Made by a program: the position numbers and the translations under genes
Shown here: piece by piece, positions 49,280-58,368 of the stretch
Position numbering within the stretch: the stretch's first letter is position 1
Layout of the letters: every line of letters begins with the position of its first letter
The notes under the pieces: model-generated
Database searches by the model: none
Told to the model about the DNA's origin: nothing
Seen by the model: only the letters and a program-made list of their open reading frames with translations
NCBI GenBank assembly: GCA_964588795.1
Contig: CAZPQN010000005.1
Location: forward strand, 11,109-75,108
DNA length: 64,000 nt
Source of the DNA: an uncultured bacterium
GTDB taxonomy: Bacteria; Fidelibacterota; UBA2242
Direction of reading: 5' to 3'

Positions 49280-50359
49280 ATGATACAACCTTCGCCACTT
49301 TTACTAATGCGTTTCCAGGCCAATGATCCTATTGCCCAGACGCAGGAACGTCTGCGCCAGCTGTTCACGGCCGCCGGTTTCGAGCAGGTTCTCGAAGCGC
49401 AGGATTATACCGCCGTCAAGGTGCATTTTGGGGAAGAGCGGAGCATCACCCATCTGGACGCGCAGTTGGTCAAGCCGCTCGTGGACATGATCAAAAAGGC
49501 GGGTGCCAGGCCCTTTATCACCGATACCACCGTGCTTTATAAAAGTGTCCGTGATAACGCCATCGGGCATTTAGAACTCGCCTTCCAGCACGGCTACACG
49601 TTCGACCGCATCGGAGCACCGGTGATCATCGCCGACGGCATCGTCGGACGCAACGAAACCGAACTCGAAATCAACGCCCCGCTTAACCGTAAAGTCGCCC
49701 TCGCCACGGAATTCGTCACCGCCAATTCGATCATTGTCGTATCGCATGCCACGGGACATTTGAATGCTGGCCTGGGTGCCACGCTGAAAAACCTCGGCAT
49801 GGGCATGGCGAGCAGGCGAGGCAAGTTGGTTCAGCATTCGGTCAGTAAGCCGACCATCAGTGCTAAAAAATGCACCGCCTGCGGCGTCTGCGCGCGCTGG
49901 TGTCCGGTCAATTGCATCAGCGTCGGTGCAGAATACGCCGTCATTAATGACAGCCGGTGTATCGGATGCGGCGAGTGCCTCACCGTCTGTCGGTTCGGCG
50001 CCGTGCGCAATCGTTGGGACAGTTCTTCGGCACTTCTGCAGAAACAGATAGCGGAACATGCCCTCGGAATCGTCAGCAACAAGCGGGGACGTCTCGGCTA
50101 CTTCACTTTCCTGATTAATATGACCAAAGATTGCGATTGTCTGACCGGCGTTCAGCGACCGATCCTGCCCGACATCGGCGTCATTGCCGGCCGCGACCCC
50201 GTGGCCATTGACCAGGCGATTATCGACCTCACCAGCCATAACGGCCAAAATCTGGCTCAGCTCGCCTATCCCAATATCGATTACCGAGTGCAGCTCGAGT
50301 ATGCCGAAAAAATCGGAGTCGGCACCCGGCAATACCAATTAAACGAAGTCACCTTCTGA
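49280..50359 (+). CDS. DUF362 domain protein fused to a 2x[4Fe-4S] ferredoxin domain
   Basis: DUF362-like N-terminus and C-terminus (VKVHFGE, FITDT, GRDPVAIDQA) with an inserted CTACGVCARWCP and CIGCGECLTVC. The start is taken at ATG 49280; the track uses TTG 49274. Confidence 0.8.
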   Translation: MIQPSPLLLMRFQANDPIAQTQERLRQLFTAAGFEQVLEAQDYTAVKVHFGEERSITHLDAQLVKPLVDMIKKAGARPFITDTTVLYKSVRDNAIGHLELAFQHGYTFDRIGAPVIIADGIVGRNETELEINAPLNRKVALATEFVTANSIIVVSHATGHLNAGLGATLKNLGMGMASRRGKLVQHSVSKPTISAKKCTACGVCARWCPVNCISVGAEYAVINDSRCIGCGECLTVCRFGAVRNRWDSSSALLQKQIAEHALGIVSNKRGRLGYFTFLINMTKDCDCLTGVQRPILPDIGVIAGRDPVAIDQAIIDLTSHNGQNLAQLAYPNIDYRVQLEYAEKIGVGTRQYQLNEVTF

Positions 50360-50540
50360 GCTAAAGCATCATAACAGCTGGAAAATCCAGCCCGGCATTT
50401 GTTAGACACAACTTGATTTAACTTCCGCTCATATGTTTCCGGAGCGTGTTTGAACTGAGCGTACAAATAAGCAGGCATGAAAACACTTGCTTTTCTCAAA
50501 AAGAAATATAAGTTTACCATGGGTAACAAAGGAAAATTCT

Positions 50541-51989
50541 ATGGTCCATGGAAAGGTATCGCCGTCGGTCAAGCTGCCTTCTAAAGCCCCGCAATTGCAT
50601 CAAGCCGGACTGTTGGACACATTGCTAAAACGTTCAACGGAAAATATTTATATCTGGGATATACGGGGGCGTTATCTGATGGTCAACCAGTCAGCCGCGC
50701 GGCATCTGTGTCTGAGGAGCCCACGCGCGGTAGTTGGCAAGTCTGCCGGGGATTTTTTCACCAAACAGTACGCCAGCAAAGTCAACCGCGCACTAAAAAA
50801 AATCATCGCCTCCGGTCACCCTACCAATGAGACTGAGGAAGCTGAAACCTGGTTAAATGGCCGGACGACCTGGACGATGACATCCCGGGCACCTTTACGG
50901 GATGACCATGGCAGGATCTACGCGATTTTGGAAATGGCGCATGACATAACCCAGCGCAAACAATTGGAAGCGGCTTTATCCCGCGAGCAGACTCTGTTGC
51001 ATGCTCTGTTGGACAACGTACCCGACACGATCTATTTTAAAGACGCCAAGAGTCGCTACCTCCGCATCAGCAAAGCCAAAGCGCTCAAGCATGGTTTTAA
51101 GAATCCGGATCAGGCTATCGGAAAAACCGATTTCGACTTCTTTACCAAAAAGCACGCCCGGCAGGCTTTCGCCGACGAAAAGACAATCATGAAAACACGC
51201 CAACCTATCATCGGTCTGGAAGAAAAAGAAACCTGGCCGGACGGGCGGGAAACCTGGGTTTCGACCACCAAAATGCCTTTGCTGGATGAACAGGGACAGG
51301 TCATCGGTACCTTTGGCATTTCGCGGGACATCACCCACCGCAAACTGGCCGAAATCGCCCTCGAAAACGAAAAGAACATGCTGAAGACGGTCATTGATAA
51401 TATCCCGGATAAAATCTACGCCAAAGATCTCAAAGGGCGTTTTCTGCTCTGCAATCAGGCGGTTGCCACGCGGATGGGGGCGAAGGATCCGGCAGATATT
51501 ATCGGGAAGTCCGATTTCGATTTCCTGCCGCGTGCCTTGGCCCGCCAATTCCACAATGATGAACAGGCTATCATCAGGTCAGGTCAACCACTCGTCGATC
51601 ATGTCGAACCGCTTAACAATAATTCCGCGACAAAAAAGTGGAATTTGACTACCAAGGTGCCACTCCGCGATAAAAAAGGCAAAATTTTCGGCCTCGTCGG
51701 TTTAGGTCGTGACATTACCGCTCAAAAACAAGCTGAAGAAGAACGGGAAAAAGTCATCCTCGAACTGCAGGAAGCCCTTAAAAAAGTCAATACTCTGAAA
51801 GGTCTGATTCCGATCTGCGCCGCCTGTAAAAAGATCCGCGATGACCGTGGCTATTGGAACAGCGTCGAGACCTATCTTGCTCAGCATTCCGACGCCGCTT
51901 TTACCCACGGTATTTGTCCGGATTGCCTGCGCAAGCTCTATCCCGATTACGTTCGAAAAAAAGAACAAATGCAGGGAAACGGCGTTTAG
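50541..51989 (+). CDS. Three-PAS-domain sensor protein with a C-terminal Cys4 module and no canonical output domain
   Basis: ATG at 50541 preceded by AAAGGA. Three repeats of the PAS S-box pattern are visible (IYIWDIRGRYLMVNQ, IYFKDAKSRYLRISK, IYAKDLKGRFLLCNQ, each followed by ..RDITxRK). The tail is LKGLIPICAACKKIRDDRGYWNSVETYLAQHSDAAFTHGICPDCLRKLYP. Confidence 0.85.
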   Translation: MVHGKVSPSVKLPSKAPQLHQAGLLDTLLKRSTENIYIWDIRGRYLMVNQSAARHLCLRSPRAVVGKSAGDFFTKQYASKVNRALKKIIASGHPTNETEEAETWLNGRTTWTMTSRAPLRDDHGRIYAILEMAHDITQRKQLEAALSREQTLLHALLDNVPDTIYFKDAKSRYLRISKAKALKHGFKNPDQAIGKTDFDFFTKKHARQAFADEKTIMKTRQPIIGLEEKETWPDGRETWVSTTKMPLLDEQGQVIGTFGISRDITHRKLAEIALENEKNMLKTVIDNIPDKIYAKDLKGRFLLCNQAVATRMGAKDPADIIGKSDFDFLPRALARQFHNDEQAIIRSGQPLVDHVEPLNNNSATKKWNLTTKVPLRDKKGKIFGLVGLGRDITAQKQAEEEREKVILELQEALKKVNTLKGLIPICAACKKIRDDRGYWNSVETYLAQHSDAAFTHGICPDCLRKLYPDYVRKKEQMQGNGV

Positions 51990-52039
51990 TTCCCAGCTAG
52001 CTACAGCTGCTCTTTAGATTATTCTGACTGACCCTGATT

Positions 52040-53650
52040 TCAGAATTGCTCGTCGTACTTCGTCCACAGCTCGTCACCCAGGCGCCAGGCGCGGCTGACA
52101 ACTTTGTTGCCCCACTCTACCGTATACTTCGTCAGCAGATTACGCGCCTCGGCGGGATTCTTCTTCAGGAGCTCAACCGCCTGCCGCTCAACCTGGTTCT
52201 GCTCCCGGAAAAGCTGCTTTTGCCAGGGTTGCCAGACTGCGACAACATCCTTGCGCATGTCGCCCCAGCGTTGTGCCGCCAGGGTGCCTAAGCGATTGAA
52301 CGCCCACCAGGCAGATTCCTGAGTGTAACCCCGGGGGCGCCCGTCAACTTTGTAAGGCTGGGCCAGGTCGGTGACACTGCACCAGACCGGAATGTAAATT
52401 GAGCTGGCGACGTTATCCAGTGCGAGCCAGACAACCCCACCGACCTCGTCCGGCAACCAGTCACGCGACTGGGTAATCGTCGCATACATCGTGTACCAGC
52501 GGGCGATGGGACGTTCTCCGCGCCAGCCCCAGCCGCCGTTGATTTTGAAAATGTGGTTCATATCGTAGGGCATAAAGGGATTGGCGAAGGGCGAGATTTC
52601 CGTTTTGCCTTCCTTGTTCGTCCAGGTGATGTTCTTGACAAAGTTGAAATCGGTACCCTCGAAGTAATCCTGGAAGAGGCTGACCATTTTGGTCAGATTT
52701 ACCAGGCTGTCGGGTTTGACCGAAAAAGGATAGTTTTCCGAGTCCGGGTGCAGTTTCAGCGAAGGCGCGACCAAGTCGAGAACGCGCCACTCGCGCCGAC
52801 GAGCGGCATAGGAGGTGCGTCCTTCAGGATCATAAGCGTAACAAAACTCGAATTCACCATTGGCAGGATTCCACCAGCCGCTGTCGCGGGCGACCTGTAA
52901 GACATTATCCGATGCCATGTAGTAATCAGGCTGACTGAGATCAATCTGGCGAATACGGCTGGCATTGGCATTCACGCTGACGTGCCCGTCGGGTACACGC
53001 TGGGCGACCCAAATGGCACCCAGATTGCCCTTGCCAGGCCCGACGATCTCCAGGTGCCAGACCTCATTCTTATCGGCAATCGTCAGACACTCGCCCTCAT
53101 CACTCCAGCCATATTTTTTCGTTAGCTCCCGGGTCAACTGCAGTGCCTCGCGCGCCGTTGCACAACGCTCTGCCATCAGACGCACCAACTGCTGGCAGTC
53201 AATCAATCCTTTCTCAGAGTGCAGGCTTTCCCGTCCCCCGAATGTGGACTCGCCAATCGCCAACTGTTTTTCATTCATACACGGATAGGCCGTGTTGATA
53301 AAACCATAAGTGTGCTCCAACTGAGGAATCTGTCCGACTGGAATATATTTGTAGGTTGGCATCGCCAATGAGTCATATTCCGCACGTTTGACCATCGTCG
53401 CCATTTCACCCTTTTTATATTTTTTAGGAGGGACAATATCTACCGACGATCGCGTGCGGTGGCTGTCGCAGGTGTGGCTGGTGATTACAGAACCATCGGC
53501 GGAAGCCTTTTTACCGACTGTGATGGAGGTACAACCATCGGGCCGACCGCCTTCCCAATCTGCTCGCGATTGGGCCTGAATATTTATTTGTAGTAGGAGC
53601 AAAATCGCTAAAATTAAGCCTGCTTTGCTCCCGGTTCGTCTGAAAACCAT
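52040..53650 (-). CDS. C69 family dipeptidase, secreted
   Basis: Signal peptide followed by CTSITVGKKASADGSV (N-terminal nucleophile Cys context typical of C69). 536 aa. Confidence 0.85.
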   Translation of the reverse strand: MVFRRTGSKAGLILAILLLLQINIQAQSRADWEGGRPDGCTSITVGKKASADGSVITSHTCDSHRTRSSVDIVPPKKYKKGEMATMVKRAEYDSLAMPTYKYIPVGQIPQLEHTYGFINTAYPCMNEKQLAIGESTFGGRESLHSEKGLIDCQQLVRLMAERCATAREALQLTRELTKKYGWSDEGECLTIADKNEVWHLEIVGPGKGNLGAIWVAQRVPDGHVSVNANASRIRQIDLSQPDYYMASDNVLQVARDSGWWNPANGEFEFCYAYDPEGRTSYAARRREWRVLDLVAPSLKLHPDSENYPFSVKPDSLVNLTKMVSLFQDYFEGTDFNFVKNITWTNKEGKTEISPFANPFMPYDMNHIFKINGGWGWRGERPIARWYTMYATITQSRDWLPDEVGGVVWLALDNVASSIYIPVWCSVTDLAQPYKVDGRPRGYTQESAWWAFNRLGTLAAQRWGDMRKDVVAVWQPWQKQLFREQNQVERQAVELLKKNPAEARNLLTKYTVEWGNKVVSRAWRLGDELWTKYDEQF

Positions 53651-53680
53651 AAATGCTCCTTACTAACGTTGTGTATTATT

Positions 53681-55099
53681 TTACCGAAACAATCGAAAAC
53701 CAGTACGATCCTCGGCTACGCGCAACATGCTCTCGGAAATTTGTTGCTGTCGCCGAATCAGAGCCGCCTCATCCAGCCCCACAACCCGCCCCTGCTCCAC
53801 AATGATGCGCCCATTGATAATGACCATATCCACCGGGTTTTGGGGAACACAGAACAGCAACGCGGCTACCGGATCTGCCTGAGCTCCGGCAAACTCAATC
53901 CGATCGAGTGCAATCAACGTCAGATCGGCCTGCATTCCGGGTGCGATCTGCCCGATAGCATTGCGTCCGAGCACCGCGGCCCCACCCCGCGTGGCACACC
54001 AGAGGATTTCTGCGACGCTCAGCCATTGCGACGGTTGGCGCAAACGTGAAAGTAAAAGGGCGTTGCGGGCCTCATTCAGCAGATTGGATGAGTCGTTGCT
54101 GGCTGAACCATCGACCGCCATACTGACCTGCACTCCGGCTTTGAGCATCTCGCGGATCCGCGCAATGCCGGAACCCAGGCGCATGTTGGAGGTCGGACAG
54201 TGTGCGATACCGCAACCAGCCGCGCCGAGCTGAGCGATTTCCTCGTCATTCAGATAAATGGCATGTGCAAACCAGACTCTGGAACTGATCCACCCTAATT
54301 TTTGCATCAATGCAAACGGCCGCATGCCGAATTTCTCCAGGCAGAATTGCTCTTCGTCCCTGGTCTCGGCCAGGTGCGTGTGCAGTCGCAGATCATATTC
54401 ATCCGCTAACCTGACCGTCAACCGCATCAGCTCCGGCGAAACTGAAAAAGGTGAGCAGGGCGCTAAGGCGATCCTGGTCATCGCTCCCGGTGAACTGTCA
54501 TGATATTTTTTAACCAATCGCTCTATATCCTGCGCTATAACCAGGTCGGACTGCACGACCTCATCCGGCGGCAAGCCACCCTCACTGCGTCCCAAGGACA
54601 TGGCGCCCCGCGTCGGATGAAAGCGCATCCCCAGTTCCTGCGCCGCCAAAATTTCGGCATCGAGTAATTCCGCAGAAGCGCTGGCCGGAAACAGATACAG
54701 GTGGTCGGAAGTAGTAGTGCAACCTGATTTAAGCAACTCGACCAGCGCTATCCGAGCGCTGACCTCCACAGCTTCCGAGGTCAGCTCGCGCCAGATTTCA
54801 TAATTAGTGGTCAACCATTCAAACAATGGCGCCGTTTGCGTCGCCAGCACCGCCCGCGTCAGGGTTTGGTAAAAATGATGGTGGGTATTGATCAAACCGG
54901 GCAGGACGATCATCCGGCTGGCGTCAATCACCCGGTCAACTACGCCCTGAAATTCCCCTTTACCCACCATTTTTATCTGCTGATCCTCAATCAGGATGTA
55001 ACCGCCTGAGAAAATATTCTGCTCGGCGGCGATGGGCGTTGCGCCCGTCATCGGAACACAGCAGAGCGGATTTTTTATCAGGATTCTTTGCGTCACCAT
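53681..55099 (-). CDS. Amidohydrolase-superfamily deaminase (8-oxoguanine deaminase-like)
   Basis: PGLINTHHHFYQTLTR, HLAET, AHAIYL and SMAVDGSASND. The start is taken at MVTQRILIKNP; the track ORF extends 18 codons further to 55153. Confidence 0.8.
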   Translation of the reverse strand: MVTQRILIKNPLCCVPMTGATPIAAEQNIFSGGYILIEDQQIKMVGKGEFQGVVDRVIDASRMIVLPGLINTHHHFYQTLTRAVLATQTAPLFEWLTTNYEIWRELTSEAVEVSARIALVELLKSGCTTTSDHLYLFPASASAELLDAEILAAQELGMRFHPTRGAMSLGRSEGGLPPDEVVQSDLVIAQDIERLVKKYHDSSPGAMTRIALAPCSPFSVSPELMRLTVRLADEYDLRLHTHLAETRDEEQFCLEKFGMRPFALMQKLGWISSRVWFAHAIYLNDEEIAQLGAAGCGIAHCPTSNMRLGSGIARIREMLKAGVQVSMAVDGSASNDSSNLLNEARNALLLSRLRQPSQWLSVAEILWCATRGGAAVLGRNAIGQIAPGMQADLTLIALDRIEFAGAQADPVAALLFCVPQNPVDMVIINGRIIVEQGRVVGLDEAALIRRQQQISESMLRVAEDRTGFRLFR

Positions 55100-55373
55100 G
55101 TACCTCGTCAGATAATCGGTTGGAATCTTAAGAAAAAAAACGATACCAGCCAATTCAAATTATCCCCAGCCCATATCGGAAAAAATCCCGATAGCTACTC
55201 TGACGGATGGATATTGTCTCATGTTTGGCGATTGTGTAAATTTGGCCGCTTTTTAAGAAGTATTTGCTATGATAAGTTCTATTCCGACGGGTTTGTTCGC
55301 CGGAGCACGGGCAGGTGGGTCAGTCCGCCGCAACGCAGTGCCGGCGCAATCCTAAACCCTGTCTTTGAAAAAT

Positions 55374-55446
55374 GGCGGTGTAGCTCAGGGGTCAGAGCAG
55401 CGGCTTCATAAGCCGTGTGTCGTAGGTTCAAATCCCACCACCGCTA
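55374..55446 (+). tRNA. tRNA-Met (anticodon CAT, elongator-like), CCA not encoded
   Basis: Hand fold: GGCGGTG TA GCTC AGGGGTCA GAGC A GCGGC TTCATAA GCCGT GTGTC GTAGG TTCAAAT CCCAC CACCGCT A. The anticodon CAT is at 55407-55409. There is a G1-U72 wobble and an A-C mismatch in the T stem. A lysidine-modified tRNA-Ile2 cannot be excluded by eye. Confidence 0.75.
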
Positions 55447-55534
55447 CAAAGGAAGGTCGAGGGCAAGGTTATGGTCGAGCAAAGCGAAAACCGACTGCGG
55501 CAGGTTAGTCCATTGTAACGCAGTGCCGACAGAA

Positions 55535-55662
55535 TCATAAGCCGTATGTCGTAGGTTCCCTGTCCGCCGTAACGGAGTGTAGGCGGGCCTGTCCGCCGGA
55601 AAGCAGTGTAGGCGGGCCTGTCCGCCGGAAAGCAGTGTAGGCGGAAAATCCCACCACCGCTA
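55535..55662 (+). pseudogene. Interrupted copy of the 3' half of the tRNA-Met gene
   Basis: 55535-55558 matches tRNA positions 55406-55429 at 23 of 24 nt (anticodon loop to TTC of the T loop). 55646-55662 is identical to the tRNA 3' end (55430-55446). The two parts are separated by 87 nt of tandem repeat. There is no matching 5' half, and the sequence upstream cannot pair as an anticodon stem. Confidence 0.75.
55559..55644. repeat. Tandem repeat, 3 x about 29 nt (CCTGTCCGCCGGAAAGCAGTGTAGGCGGG)
   Basis: Units lie at 55559-55587 (about 4 mismatches), 55588-55616 and 55617-55644. Each unit carries CCGCC...GGCGG arms. Related single units occur at 55323-55351 and 55508-55536 (GTCC..G.AACGCAGTGCCG.C...AATC), and a TCCGCC-GCA-GGCGGA hairpin lies at 55694-55708. 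Confidence 0.85.
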
Positions 55663-55919
55663 CAAAGGAAGGTCGAGGTTGAGTGCAGCGCAATCCGCCG
55701 CAGGCGGATCAAGGCCAAAGTTCACCCAGCCTCAGTGATAATTTTAGCCGTGCGGCATTAGCGGGTCTGGTTTTTTACCGGAGTAAATAAATTGCCATCC
55801 GCTTAAAATATGCTTAGATTCGCACCATTGATTTTTAGAACAGGGGCTATTAAAGGTAACATTGATGCTATGCTTCGCGGCAGTTTGTTAATTTTCATAA
55901 CAATGCGGAGGACCACTCG

Positions 55920-57500
55920 ATGACTGAAAAGTACATCCTCTCCCATGATATGGGAACCAGTTCGGACAAAGCCATGCTCGTCACCATTTTTGGTGAAATT
56001 ATCGATTCAACTAAAAAAGAATATCCTCTGCATGTACCTCAGCCGGGTTTCGCCGAACAGGAACCGGCAGACTGGTGGGATGCGGTATGTGAAACCTCAC
56101 GGACGTTGATCTCCAAAACCGGCATCGATCCCGCCGCGATCGTAGGGGTTACCATGTCCTCGCAGATGCAGGGGCTGGTGTGCGTGGATCAGGCCGGAGT
56201 GCCCCTACGACGAGCAATTACCTGGGTTGATGCCCGGGCGGGTGACATCATGCGTAAATACATGTGGACCTTTCCGCGCGTACAGGGTTACAATATTTTC
56301 CGACTATTGAAATTTCTGCACATCACCGGGGGCGCACCGGGTTTGGCTGGCAAGGATATTATCGGCAAAATCATCTGGTTGAAGGAGCACGAGCCGGAGG
56401 TTATCGCCCGCACTCATAAATATCTCGATCCAAAAGATTATATCATCTTTAAAATGACGGGCAGTTTCATCAAATCCACCGATTTAGCCGTGGTTTGGTG
56501 GCTCCTCGATACACGAAAAAATCGCAACGTCTGGCACCCCAAACTCTGCAAAATGGCCGGTATCGAGATGGATAAGTTACCGGAGGTCCGTGAAAGCGCG
56601 GCCATCGCCGGACAAATAACCGCCGCGGCTGCGCAGGCCCTGGGGGTGAAAGCCGGAACTCCGATGATCAACGGCGCCGGAGACATTTCCGCCTCCGCCC
56701 TTGGTTCCGGGGCTGTCGTTGACGGCAAGATGCATGTCCGAGTCGGCACCAGTGGTGGCGTCGCCGGACATTTCACCAAACGTAAAATCAATATCGCCAA
56801 ATACGCCGGCTGCATCGGCAGTGCGTATCCGCAGAAATATTACCTGGGCATCGGTACTCAGGACACCATGGGCATTTGTTTGGAATGGGTCAAGAACAAG
56901 GTCATTTATCACGCGGAAAAACTGAAAGAAGAATATCGCGTAGATAAGATTTACATGATTCTCGACAAGCTCGTCCAGCGCACCAATCCCGGCGCTGACG
57001 GTCTGATTTTTACGCCCTGGCTGTATGGCGAACGGTGCCCGCTGAACGACGACACCCTGCGCGGCGGGCTGTACAATATCGGGCTAAACCATACACGCGA
57101 TCACATCATCAGGGCGGTTTTTGAAGGCATTGCCATGAACGCCCGCTGGGCGCTGGAAACCATGGAAGACCTTTATCAAAAGGTGGACGAACTGAACTTC
57201 GTCGGCGGCGGTGCGATGAGCGAGACCTGGTGTCAGATCATGGCTGACGTCACCAATCGAATCATCCACCAGGTTTCCGATCCCCAGCAAGCCGCCGGCA
57301 AGGGCGTTGCGCTGTTAGCCAGCTATGCTTTAGGGTACATTAAAACCTTCGAAGAAATCGGTACTTACGTGCGCATCAAAAACACGTTTTACCCCAATCC
57401 CGCCAACCGGGCGTTGTACGATCGCCAGTTCCAGGCCTTCAAGGCGCTGTACAAACAAAACCGGCGGTGGTACGCCCGGATGAACAGCAAAACCAAATAG
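55920..57500 (+). CDS. FGGY-family carbohydrate kinase (xylulokinase-like)
   Basis: 526 aa with ILSHDMGTSSDKAMLV, FAEQEPADWW, NGAGDISASALGSG and FVGGGAMSETWCQIMADV. Confidence 0.85.
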   Translation: MTEKYILSHDMGTSSDKAMLVTIFGEIIDSTKKEYPLHVPQPGFAEQEPADWWDAVCETSRTLISKTGIDPAAIVGVTMSSQMQGLVCVDQAGVPLRRAITWVDARAGDIMRKYMWTFPRVQGYNIFRLLKFLHITGGAPGLAGKDIIGKIIWLKEHEPEVIARTHKYLDPKDYIIFKMTGSFIKSTDLAVVWWLLDTRKNRNVWHPKLCKMAGIEMDKLPEVRESAAIAGQITAAAAQALGVKAGTPMINGAGDISASALGSGAVVDGKMHVRVGTSGGVAGHFTKRKINIAKYAGCIGSAYPQKYYLGIGTQDTMGICLEWVKNKVIYHAEKLKEEYRVDKIYMILDKLVQRTNPGADGLIFTPWLYGERCPLNDDTLRGGLYNIGLNHTRDHIIRAVFEGIAMNARWALETMEDLYQKVDELNFVGGGAMSETWCQIMADVTNRIIHQVSDPQQAAGKGVALLASYALGYIKTFEEIGTYVRIKNTFYPNPANRALYDRQFQAFKALYKQNRRWYARMNSKTK

Positions 57501-57503
57501 ACC

Positions 57504-58361
57504 ATGCCGGAAATTCAGGAAGATCTGACCGCCTTTTGCGCACCGGGTTGTAAGTACGAGTTCCGGCATGTTCCGGTGGCTCCCGGAGTAACTTTGAGGG
57601 TTATTACTTTCACGCCGCCGGTCCACACTACCAATCCGGCCATCGTATTTGTTCCCGGCTGGATTTCACTGATGGACGGCTGGCAGAGTGTACTGCAGAC
57701 CATGAGCCGCGATTTTATCATTCATTACGTCGAGACGCGCGAAAAAATCTCGTCGCTAATTACCGGAAAAGTCGGCTATGCGGTAGCGGACTTTGCCGGC
57801 GATATCGTCGGCCTGATCAATAAGCTAAACCTTCCGCCACGGGCTTACGTGCTATTCGGAAGTTCCCTGGGCGCCACGACTCTCCTGGAATGCTTCCCGG
57901 CCCTGGCTATTGAACCTTTGGCGCTGGTACTGATCGGCCCCAATGCGGTTTTTAATATCCCGGGTTTCTGGTTGCATGTTGTCCGCGCATTTCCGCCGCG
58001 CCTGTACCTCGCCTTTAAGCCGGTCATTAAATGGTATCTGCGTCATTTTCGTCTGGATGTCGCCCAGGATGCCGCCCAATACCAAAAATATTGCCGCAAT
58101 TTGGATGCGGCTGATCCCTGGAAATTGAAAAAGGCGGCGCTGACTTTTGCCCGCTATCAGGTGTGGGATAAACTGCCGCTGGTTACCTGTCCGACGTTGC
58201 TCGTGGGTGCCACGCATGACGTCCTGCACGACTTCGAAAACATTAACCGCATTCGGGAAAGTCTGCCCCATTGTACTTTTTTAGACCTGGAGACCAACAG
58301 CCGCACGCACAGCCCGGCCGTTGTGGAGGAAATGCGCCGCTACCTCGCCACCCTGGAGTGA
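57504..58361 (+). CDS. Alpha/beta hydrolase
   Basis: 285 aa with the nucleophile elbow LFGSSLGAT (GxSxG) and a late ATHD...H arrangement. Confidence 0.75.
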   Translation: MPEIQEDLTAFCAPGCKYEFRHVPVAPGVTLRVITFTPPVHTTNPAIVFVPGWISLMDGWQSVLQTMSRDFIIHYVETREKISSLITGKVGYAVADFAGDIVGLINKLNLPPRAYVLFGSSLGATTLLECFPALAIEPLALVLIGPNAVFNIPGFWLHVVRAFPPRLYLAFKPVIKWYLRHFRLDVAQDAAQYQKYCRNLDAADPWKLKKAALTFARYQVWDKLPLVTCPTLLVGATHDVLHDFENINRIRESLPHCTFLDLETNSRTHSPAVVEEMRRYLATLE

Positions 58362-58368
58362 ATTTCTC

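Noticed and set aside
51990-52039. Bidirectional terminator between the convergent PAS and C69 genes, and similarly at 7952-8043
   Set aside because: Only 4-5-bp stems could be drawn (CAGCT/AGCTG, TCTGA/TCAGA) and there are no T tracts. This is too weak to annotate.
55559-55644. Tandem 29-nt repeats as a CRISPR array
   Set aside because: The units abut directly with no spacers, there are only about 3 copies, and no cas genes occur in the window.
55323-55644. Resemblance of GUCCGCCGGAAAGCAG and CCGCAACGC to SRP (4.5S) RNA domain IV motifs
   Set aside because: The GGAA is not closed by a helix, the symmetric and asymmetric loop context is missing, and the motif is present in three tandem copies. 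This does not fit an SRP RNA gene.
55428-55718. 96-aa minus-strand ORF
   Set aside because: It is composed of the antisense of the tRNA 3' end and the tandem repeats. Its internal amino-acid repeats simply mirror the DNA repeats.
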